From Epiperipatus broadwayi (taxonomy: Eukaryota > Animalia > Onychophora): 64,000 nt of DNA. The number at the start of each line of letters is the position of its first letter. Positions within the stretch are counted from its first letter, which is position 1. The stretch covers positions 20,026,001-20,090,000 of the forward strand of contig JAQFVV010000005.1 of the NCBI GenBank assembly GCA_028023455.1, written 5' to 3'. A program made the translations under genes and the position numbers. The notes below the pieces were generated by a model. That model was given only the letters and a program-made list of their open reading frames with translations. It did not search any database and was not told the origin of the DNA. This document shows positions 25,400-36,580 of the stretch, piece by piece.

Positions 25400-25780
25400 A
25401 ATTCCTGGATGATACTTTCTGCATTTTTTTCATCTTTTATTTATTTATTTTTTCAGAATTTAGTATAGTAGTCCTACATATGCATGGATTTACCATCAAT
25501 ATTTAAAAAAACAGTATTAAGTCAAAAAAGAAATCAGAATTCATAAATTTTATGCACTGAATGTTATCAGGAATCATCTCCCAGTTATTTTCATGTCTCT
25601 TGCATTCAATCAATCATATAATTGCTCTTTTTCTCTTTATTTCTTTTGTTCTGTCATTTTTTATCATTGCATTATTCTATTTTTTTGCTAATTCTATTTG
25701 ATGTCTTCATAAGTATATATTAAATATGTTTATTATAACTAGTAAATATACTGAAAAAGATTATATAACAAATATATTAT
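25400..25780 (-). mobile_element. Highly decayed PLE GIY-YIG remnant
   Basis: Minus strand KTSNRISK..RAII..CKRHENNWE resembles GxTxRxLxxR..SAIxxH...H...W. Confidence 0.35.
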
Positions 25781-26483
25781 TTAATGCTAAAAAAACTTCA
25801 GCAATGTGTCATTGCCTTTCTCTGTCTAATATTTTATTGTTAACATTGACGAAGTATTCTATATAATAATATTTAGATTTAAATTTCTGAATAATAACAC
25901 TTTCCTCTGTCATATAACTATTATGTACATTATATAACAATGAAAATATGCATTTGTAATAGTAATGAACTAAAAGATTGATGATTTTTTTTTCTATTTT
26001 CTATTATTAATTATGTGTTTTAAATTTGTAACCACATAGCTATTCATATCTATATATAAATGAAAGAAGCAGTGGCATTTACTTGTAAACGAATGTTTCA
26101 TTGACAATCCCAGAATTAAAAATAAATAAATAAAAAGACAAACAACAAAAAAATAATACTGTAGGGAACAGTTTTTTGATAACTATACAAACTAATCCAT
26201 GAAACACAAATACGTCCACTTATAAAACACACTGATCCATTAATCTCTGATATTTTTCTTTCTGAAAAACTTCAACACTATATGTAATTGTAGCTTTCCA
26301 TTGCATTCTATTCTCTGCCATATCTTCCCAATGGAAACAATCAACTTTTCACTTCTTTAAAGTATCGTTGAGATCATTTTTATAGATAAAAATATTTTTT
26401 TTTAGGAAGAGTTGATATTACATTTTGAATTACAAGTGTCAAATTAACTCAACCCACATCTTTGACACCTTTGGTGACCTAGA

Positions 26484-26523
26484 CCAACTGATGAGTGCTG
26501 GTTCAGCACAAAATGCATCTTGG
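26484..26523 (+). ncRNA. CpG-decayed minimal type I hammerhead motif (family 3), in a short insert ~26400-26620
   Basis: CCAA CTGATGA GTGCTG gtt CAGCAC AAAA TGCATC TTGG; restoring three CpGs gives CAGCAC GAAA CGCGTC (palindrome ACGCGT, GUC site); 6 bp stem II and 4 bp stem I are perfect. Confidence 0.75.
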
Positions 26524-27543
26524 AGGTCATTTGTGTTTTATTGTATCTTTATTTATATGAATTTAAAAGAATATGTGGTAGTATTGAGGTTATTTAATAT
26601 ATTTATAAAGACTTGATATTGTTTATTTTTCTCACATAAGCATTCTAACAAAAATATGATTTCACACTAGTAGGCTTCATAGAATAATATTCAGCAAATT
26701 GAAGAACATATTGATTGATCACTTAACCTTGCCATTGAATTTTTAAAGTTTAATAGAGCATCATTAAATGAAATTTTTCTAATGCTTTTTGATAGAATGT
26801 CTAAGTCCAATTTTCTTATAATAAATTAGGTAAAATAACAAACAGCTAATTTAATTGCTATAGTTATTTCCCTTAATCAAGTGTCCTATTTTTTAATTTG
26901 TTACAAACAATAGCAATTCATTGGATTCTGTGCTATATTTTAGGTTCTAAGATTATCTTTCTACTTAAAAAGCTCTCACGATATTTAAATTAATTTACAT
27001 TTTCAAATTGATAATTATCAAAAATAAATCTCTGGATGATTTAGTATTTGAGTTTTTGAGCATTAATTTTTAAACCAAGATCTTTGTATACTGAATTCAA
27101 AATATTAGTACAATCTATATAGCTTTTGAATTAACTGAACTGGCACAGTCATCAACTTGCTGTAAATCAAAATCCAAAAAGTTGAAGTTCTTATTGTTAC
27201 CATCAAATAATTCATTAAATTATCTATAAACTGTCCTAAATATAACCATTATAAAAATCAAACACAATATTGGAATTACTATACGTCTTTAACACTGTTT
27301 TTATTTCAAATGCTCAGATAGTCCACTACTGGTAATAACTTTTTATTTCACTTCATCATGCTATCCATAATGTAATAAGAAGAAACTTTGATGAACAAAC
27401 ATTTAATGTTTAGCATTGTCATTGACCTGTTTGATCAATTGAGTCAAACATCTTGACATCAATAAAGGTAATATACAAATCATTCTTTATGAAGTATTAC
27501 AACTTTATCTTTCCTATTGCATTGCCAAATCCATATAATATTA

Positions 27544-27663
27544 ATATCATCTATGTTCTTTAATACTTTTATAATGCTTTTTTTATCCCTAATATTACAA
27601 CGAAACTATCATATTAGGGGTAAAAAAAAGCATTGTAAAAGTATTAAAGAACATAGATGATAT
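27544..27663. repeat. 52 bp-arm inverted repeat with 15 nt loop inside the RTE RT region
   Basis: 27544-27595 is the reverse complement of 27611-27663 with ~2-3 differences. Confidence 0.9.
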
Positions 27664-30119
27664 AAATCATTCCCTTGTTCCTATCACTTTTCTGAATTTA
27701 CCTGTGAACAAAAATTTATTGATTCTCTAAAATCCCATTAGGTCTGCTATCCTTTATTTGTGACTGGCAGTCACTTATTGAACTGCAGTCATTTATTGAA
27801 GCAAATCCTTGAAAGTATCTTTACTGTTGTAACAATGATATTTGATAACAATTAATATAATCATGTCTTTTCCCATTATTCTTAAAACTTAGAACAATAG
27901 AAGCATCTTGAAGATCAGGCAGCATAACTTCTTGAGTCCATGTGGTCTTAAAAAATTCCAATATTGTTGAAGTTAACACATTTCTACAATTTTTAAAATT
28001 TCTCCAGGTTATCTTTTTAGAATTTGCAGCCTTTCTATTTTTAAGATTATAAACAAATGTTTTAATTTCACTAAATCTGAGTAGAACGGATGATAAATCA
28101 TTTAAAGTCATCATCTCAATTCTTGTAAATTCAAAAGATGATGTTTCAAGAATTATCATCATCCATTAATAAATTTAATATGATTATAATATGTTACATT
28201 TAATGCATCAAGACCCTGATTAGTGAATGCCTTATCTTCTTTACAGTTTTAATCCATTAGTCATTTTTCTTGTCAGTTATTGAACTTCTGCTTTTGTATC
28301 TCTATGAAGATTCACATTTGCCAAACAGAAAATACCATGTTTTCTTTTAATCTAGTGACTAATAATAAGATTGTTGTCAGAAAATCAATCTCGGGGATTT
28401 TTTTTAGCAATCCCAAATATAATGTTCTTTTATTTATTACACATTTTTAAAGAGAATTCCATCTTTTAATAACATGATAATCTTGAAAATCCAAATTTGT
28501 AATTTTAGTATTTAATAGCATTTGAGATTGAGCATGAATAGTAAACGCTGCTAAAAAATGAACATCCATTTTTATGTGAATGTGACTGAAATAATTTTTT
28601 TTTTTTTAATCTTGGAGCATATTTATCTATGATCTGTCAGCAATTTGGGTCTGTAAGTACTCGAAAAATATGGAATTTTTCATATTTTGACTAAACTATA
28701 ATGCAATCTATTAATTACCATTGTTTTGACTGTGGATGAAGCCATATTTCTTTATGTGATTTTTCCGTCTAAAAATATTTGTTTGCAAAAATTCAATAAC
28801 AGCAGAAAAACATTTTAGTTTAGAGCAGCAATAAAATTATTTTCAACAACTTATGGTTAAAGTCTATTATTTCTATCCAAGAAGAAAAAAATGAATCTTT
28901 TTAATGATATTACTGTAATAATGCTATCCAGAATGGTATAAAAATTTTCTTTCTCTGAATTGAACTTTGGAGCAAACACTAATAAAGTGAACTGTCCTTA
29001 ATATGATTAGTCTTTTATTGATATATTGAGGAATTTTACAAATAGAAGATACTAAATTAGCCTTGATTGCAAATTCAACCCTATGCAGTCTCCTTTTTTT
29101 TAGTTAATCTGCCTTTCTGACAAAAACTTGTAATCATCTATTTGTTTTATTAAGTTTTCTTTCTCTTGAAAACAAATTTTACTATATCAGTCTTAAATCA
29201 TGATAGTCCATCAGCTATCAGTGTTTTCATTTCCATCTTGAAGAATTTGTATTGAGTAAAGACATTTCATATATCTATATTTAGAAAAGGATTAGATTTA
29301 TAATAACTTAGACATTCTATAGACCTATATTTGGAAAAGATTTATAATTCTTTTAGTTTTGCCATTGACTTCTACTTTCACTGCTACTGATATGATTATA
29401 TGACCTTGTAATCTACCAGTCCTGTATACTTAGTCAGAATTTGTGAGATACATCATTTTTCGATCGTTTCTTGTTTCCACATTTGTGATAGTCTGGAAAA
29501 TCCCTAAATAGAACTATGTAAATATACAATCTTTGTTAAGCTATAGTTTCTACTCTAAATTCACTTCCACCCTACATATAGTAATTGTACTTCCTATAGC
29601 AAAGACTATTACTAAGGATTATCAGTTAATTAACCCTGTGTCTTTGCTTTCTAAATTCATGAGTTTGAATTTAAAAAAATGAAAAAATGAATTGGAAATT
29701 TGAATTGCTATGTATGAAGTTAGAGGATGGAAATGTGACTCAATCAAACTAACACAAGATAAGATGAATATTATCATGAAAGACTCCTTATAACAGTCTT
29801 ATATTTTAAATAGCTGAAAACAATAAGGAAAAGATTATTGTAAATAGCATCTAACTTTTGATAAACTAACATTTTACAAAAGATCAGGAAGTTCTCTAGG
29901 TTAGACACTTCTGCCACTTATAACCTGAGCAAAGCTCTCATCATCAGTGAAATACATTAATTATAATGTGCAGATGTTTATCACATTCCTACACATGTAG
30001 AATATTATATTAATTTACCTACATGCACATGTATTACATATTTTTCATTCATATTTAAATGACTAATTTTTTTAATGCAGATGTTTTCTATACAGTGAAG
30101 TTGTGATATATGCTGTATA

Positions 30120-31330
30120 TCAGTACACATAATTTCAGTTGTATGCTATCCAAAAAAAAAAAAAAAATGTAAACAAACAAAATAAAAATAAAAAGTAAAT
30201 GGTGATCATGTGATGTAAATAAAAAAAAGTAAACAAATAATAAAAATACGAAAAATCACAAATATATTAAGATTTATGAATATCATGCCAACTAATTTTT
30301 TATCTTACTAAGTATAACTTTAATCAAATCTTATATATAAATTTACTTAACTATATTTTCTTTGCAATTTAAGTACAGTTCACTATCATAATTTGAAGTA
30401 TGTGTAAATAAACAACAAAAATGTAAATAAACAAAAAAAATATTAAAATTTGCAAAATGTAATAAATTATGACAATAGTCATATTTTCTTGCCAGAGCGC
30501 TGTACACAATCATCTTTAAAATATTAAAATTTGTAAATTTAATAAATTTTATAATATTGCATTAGTCATATTTCCTGTCTCAGGCATTATATGTGATCAT
30601 GTTTATTAATAAATTTTCCTGGTTTATATTAAAGCTTTGTTTTATTACTTTTTTAGAATTTGATATTTAGGATTTCACATAAAATGTTTTCTCAGCATAA
30701 TTTAAAAAGTTCCATGAAATTTAATAACATTTGTAAAGTTGATACAGACTTAAAAATAGTAATACAACTAGAGAGGGTATAGTTCCTGCCAGGAAAAAAA
30801 AGTTATTGAAGAAAAAGAATATTGACCAGAATGTATTTATTTACAATGCAAGATGGAATTTTGCTATTTATTTTATTTTAAAAAATTAAGATATAGTATA
30901 GTATGTTTTATTATTTTTGTTTTTTGAGCAAATGTGTATTAAGTTCTTACACATTGTATATATGTAAATGTTCTCTTCAATTTATTATTAATAACTATAT
31001 TATTATTATTTTTTAATTTTGTTTATACTATAATTTTAATTTATATGTGCATTTTTTCATATAAAAAGCTTCTGTGTTATACATATGTGTGAAAAGTACG
31101 GTACAACTGCAATTCAATAAACAATATATCTTGTATTGTAATTAAAGTTTATCAACAAAACATGACTACTATATACGATGTATAATGTATGCAAGAAAGG
31201 CTCGGAACCAAATACAGTAGTTATCACTAGTCTGGTATGTGTGCATATTTTTTCTTCAATTAGTGTAATTTGTTGTTATATAACAATGGTAATTATTATT
31301 TATATATCAAAAGTAATGTAATGGATTATA
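30120..31330. repeat. Unclassified AT-rich interspersed repeat; other copies ~37130-37950 and ~41570-41930
   Basis: Shared tattaataactatatt..gaaaagt..gtacac..gtttatcaacaaaa..atgcaa segments in three places. Confidence 0.65.
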
Positions 31331-31399
31331 TTTTTATTTTAAATTAGTATTATAATCAATTTTTCAGACATTTATAATTAAGATTTAAATCAAATGCCA

Positions 31400-32300
31400 T
31401 GAATAGAAGTGCGTGTAGATCAGTCCCCCTCCCCTTACTTTCAATCTGTATACTGTTATTCACTCAAATATCTTATTTGGTCTGCTTGCTTTTTCTTAAT
31501 ATTTTCAATAATTATTCTTTTTTCATCACTTATTAATTTTCATCACTTATTAATGCTCAATATTATTTATTTTAAAGACCCTTCAAATAAATTCCAAAAT
31601 ATATATTTAGATTTTATAGTCCTATTATCTACTTCAATGACTAATAACTTGGCTTGTAAAAATTCTTCAAATTTAAGTGTAAACACTTATTGCTAGAAAT
31701 TGTAAAGCACATCGAAAATGGCCTTTGAAATGAGAGCTACTTAGAATTGGGTGAAGCACATTGTAACATCTGTATACATTATTGCATTGTATGGTGGAAT
31801 TTGTTTTTTGTTTAAATGTCGGAGATAATATGGATATTATCTCTGGATATATAGTTGAATAAATCTGTTTTTGATAATATGGATATTGGCAGTGCAGAAC
31901 TTGGAAGAACTTTAATCTGATTTTTTAGGCATTATATTTCATGATCAGGATTGTTTACTCTAGTCCTGAACTTTTTTCCTCTGGTTTGCACATTTTTAGG
32001 ATGGGATAATGATTAAGCAATAAATCCTAGTCATTATTAGCAGTAATCTTTCATTATTTTTACCACTATTAATTTTTTTTGCCAAAACCACATTTCAAAA
32101 ACTTAATTATTTTTCTTTTATTCATTGCTGACAAAATATTTAAATCTTTTTTAACATTCCTACTCCTACTAATTCAGTATTTAAAAGCATTTTCTTGTTC
32201 TGCAAGTCTTTACCTGATAAATTTAATCTTTTAGTAAATTACCAGAAATACTTTAAAATGTACATTTTATTTATTCAGGAAATATATTGTTCTAGACAAA
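31400..32300 (-). mobile_element. Possible very decayed CR1-like RT C-terminal remnant
   Basis: Minus strand IYSTIYPEIISILSP..IQCNNVYR resembles LY..I.P.L.Y..W.P..VQ...R; weak. Confidence 0.25.
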
Positions 32301-35300
32301 GAAAAATTGGGGGATATTTTATTATAATTCTTTGAATTTATTATGATGTTCTATTTAATAAATTCAAAACCTTTTTCCTGTGTGTGTTTTATTATTAATC
32401 TTTTTTAAAAATCCATTATTTAAGCACTTGAATTCAGTACTTCTTACAATCTCTTACTTATTTAATTTAATTGATATATAGCCTTCATCAAAGTTTCAAA
32501 TGTAATGTTAAGTCTCATGCCAAAATTTATTATTAATAATTTTACTTACAATTCATGACTTTAAAATAATTTGACCATAATTATTATTATTGTTGGTGGT
32601 GGTGTTGTGGGTTTTTTTTTTTGCTGCCTCTAGTATTTGGCAGATTTTTGCCATTTTTTTTTGTCGCCTTTTATTCTATATAACTGGTCTGAAATATTTT
32701 CAGTGGCTGTGTGTGGTGTCTGTGACAATTTATTGCCTAATAATGATAATTATATTTCAAGGCTGTAATTGTAACATGCATTACACATTTGATGTTATCC
32801 AAAAATATACACAGACATAAGTCATTAAGGAAAAAGCAAGCCTCAACATGTTGCTTTTGCAGAGATTCTTTTTGTACTACCATGGTAACTTAAATTTTAC
32901 TATTTCATTGAATGACTCGGTTTTGCAACAGGTTATGGAGGAATTACAATTATTATTAGTTATTGATAATGTGTTATTGGAGCTTACACAAACTGTTTTG
33001 AAAATATAAGCCGATTTTGATATTTGGCATATAAATATTGACAGAAATATAATCAGGAGATTTTTCATTTATCTAGTACTTGTGATACACATGATAAAGG
33101 TATATCTTCATTGAAGAATAAAATTGAGACTTCGGAAAGATTTGAAATGGCATTTGAAATTGAATTGCAAAGCATTCCTTATCAAAATAATGAAGACGTA
33201 CCACAAATTGTCCAAAATAGTGGTTAAGCTTGGTTTTGAACATTTTTCTATCAATGATTTAGAGCAAATATTTCCACAAAAACTAAATCTAATATGTGAA
33301 GACTTGTTGCTTGTTTTATTTCTTGAAACATAGCTAGATTGTTTTTATGTAAAAGGAAATTATCACTGTTTCTGATATTCTATCCATAGAAAATCACAGT
33401 CAATAACATATTTATGTCAACGAACATATTTCTTTGGCTATTCAATGGCTTTTTTGAAGGTGAGGAAAAAGATGCATAATCAATACCAAGATGTAGCATT
33501 TGCTCAAAATGGTTTGTTTTATGTCAGAATAATTGGAATTATTGTCGTTCTGATCTTTAGTGCCTAGTATATGATTTAATTGGATTCCTGATTGCAAAGA
33601 CTTAAAAAATTCTTCACACGAATATGCATAGTATACATATTCATTTTGAATTAAATATACATTTAAGTGATTTGCCATTAGGTTTTTATGTTATTGTGCT
33701 AAGACATGGATTTCTCATGAGGAGCAACATTTATATAGTTTGGACAGTTACAAGAGTGTTCTTACATCGTGTTCATATTCACGTTCTGGAGCTATAATGT
33801 TTTGCATAAAACCTAATTTAAATTTTATTTATGATGTCTAACACTTACTACTGCTGAATCTGTATTAATAATATTTAATTTTCGTAATGGAGTTCTTTCA
33901 TTGATTGCGATATATAGATTGTGTACTAGTTCCCTTATATCTTTTATTTGTGCACTTAGTACTTTATTATCTAATTTGCACTCATCTTCTGCTGTAATAA
34001 TTGGCAATATGAAGATTTTTGGTCAGGGAACATAATTCTACCTGTTTTTATACAGTCAATTCTGATAACTGTTATCAATAAATTCTTCTACTTTTTCAAA
34101 GATGGTCTAAGATTGGAGAGTATTTTATGGCATATTATTATTTAGAATTTTAGTCAAGTAAATTTTTCATCTACATATATAATGCCATATTGTAAATCTT
34201 TGCTTGATCATATTTTTACTAGATTTGATCAGAATTATAAATCTGGTATATCTGAGTTAGCCAATACAGATCACTTTGCAATTCTTTTGAAATTATCTGT
34301 AGCTCGTAATTAATTCAGTTACCTACAGTATACTAATAAATTATCACAAATAAATAATTTATTATTCATTCAGAACTGGGATTATATTTTTGGCCTGGAT
34401 AATGTAGACAATGCTTTCTTACAATTTCAGAATATTGGTACTTCTTTAATTGATAAAGCCACTTATTGTATTAAATTGAATAGTAAAAGTGGAAAACTTC
34501 TCCATGGATTTCAGATCAATTGGTTGAAATAAATTAATTTGAGAAATAGGTTTAAATATTCTGATAGTTTGTTTACTTTGAAGCAGATTAATAAGGAATT
34601 AAATATATTAAAATAGCAAAATTAACTTATTATAAGAAACTTCTTTCTAATAAAAATATGTCATTGAAATGGAAAGCAATTCTTTGATTAAAAAAATCCT
34701 TTAATAAAATTAATTTTATTAAAGATAACATAATAGAAGTACATGATAATGAAAAATATGTGGATGATCTTAATAATTTCTTTATGTATATGCCACACAT
34801 GAAGCTAATTATTAATAATTTGACTTTAAATTTATTTTGGATTCTTTCTTTTGCTCAGATATTTCTGATGTTGAGTTTCTGATATTGAGTTATCACAATT
34901 ATTTGATGGTTTAAAAAATGTTCACTTTTCAGGATAAGATAAATTAACATCACAAATTCTTAAAGATAATTACTTATTTATTCTTTCTTTATCTGCTGCT
35001 GTACTCCTCAAATGTTTAAAAGTTGGTCTTATTACACCCATTTTTAAAAAAGGTGATTCATTAATCATTAGTAATTATAGTCTTATTTCAAGCATTTCTA
35101 TTATTGCTAAGTTATTTGAGATGATAGTTAAGGATAAGATGATGTCATTCTTGAATATACATAAAGTGATTTCTATGCACCAATTTGGTTTTGTTGTTAG
35201 AAAGAGTACTTTGGATGCTCTCAACATTGCCATTAGATGATAGAGTCAGGATAGCAGCTGTTTATTTTGATTTATCCAAAGCATTTGACTTGAATAATCT

Positions 35301-36131
35301 TGCAGTTTTTATATATGGTTGTGTTCATGCGGTTTTCAAAGTCATTTTGCTTCCTGGTTAGTAAGTTATCTAAAAGACAGAAAACAGGCTACTAAAATAC
35401 AAGGTGTTACTAATGATTTTAGATTTGTTAATCATGGAGTTCCACAGGGGTTTATACTTAATTCTATATTATTTTTATTATGTATGAATGACATTTTTAG
35501 TTTACCTTTGAATTCAATGATTTATGGTTTTGTTGATGATATTACTGTATCTTGCTTCATATAGTATTTTTGAACATAATATTAATAAAGATCTGGCATT
35601 AATAAGTAACTGTCTTATGATAAATTGTTTAACTATCAATTGCAATAAAACAAGGGATATTTTATTTCTGTTATGTTTTTCTTTTCATATTAACTTGACC
35701 AGTAGTTTTATAAATATTTTCCATATTCACTTAGTATAAGTATTTGTAGTCAATATAAAATTCATTCCAGTAGTAATTGTACATATGGTAATATCATTTT
35801 CATTGATAACTATTGTTATTTAGGTATTTTTATTGATTCCAGGTTATCTTGGTCAAGCTATATTACGTACTTATGTACTCAATTATGCAAATTTAATTAT
35901 TTTATTATCTAGTAAAATTCATGCCTAGATCTACTTTGATGACAATTTATTTTGGGTGTTATCGAAGTATATTCCATTTGGAGTGATTTTATTTATTACT
36001 CACCATCCTTATTATATATTTTACAAAATTATGTCATGCATATTATTATTTTTGATAGACTTCTATACATGATATTTATATTAATTCTTGTGTGTTTTCT
36101 ATTTTTAAACTATATAAATATATAATTATTA

Positions 36132-36580
36132 AATCACTAAACATCACATGATTACCATTTCTTATGCTTGCTCAAGCTGTTAAAACAGGCAGAACTCTCC
36201 ATACAATAGTGCCATTCAATGAAAGCCAGAGTAATCAATGGATGCAAGAAGGTTTGTGCATAAAATCCCTATCTAGTGCCTACTCATTCAATATCCCCAG
36301 ACTAGTTTCTAGCTTATGGCTTTCATCAGTGAGGAGCCTTGGATCTGAGAGAACTGCACCTAGATATTAGGATCTAATACAACCCTCCAGCAGCCACCTT
36401 TTATCTCTACTTAACTACAAAACTGAGTCTAAAATTGAAAACAATATTTTCAATCCAAGCTCATTAGCTTATATAGTCATGTAGGCACTAGATAGGGATT
36501 TTATGCACACACCTTGCATCCATTGATTATTATGGCTTGCACTGATGGCACTACTGTATGGAGAGTTTTACCTGTTTGTT
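36132..36580 (-). mobile_element. Family 2 element, copy D, inserted in the LINE
   Basis: 36481-36577 is an inverted copy of 36183-36285; 12 bp TSD ATATAATTATTA at 36120-36131 and 36581-36592. Confidence 0.85.
36295..36334 (-). ncRNA. Minimal type I hammerhead ribozyme motif (family 2)
   Basis: CCTCA CTGATGA A AGC cataa GCT A GAAA CTAGTC TGGGG; stem II AGC/GCT covaries with GGC/GCC of copy A. Confidence 0.8.

Larger units (their letters stand above)
26100..29500 (-). mobile_element. Near full-length decayed RTE (BovB-like) LINE: APE + RT
   Basis: SVFAPK..ENFYTILD (APE); ORF 27821-28162 LKNRKAA..W..E..DLQDASIVLSFKNNGKR; NDLYITFIDVKMFD; QVDDCA (YADD decay). Confidence 0.8.
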
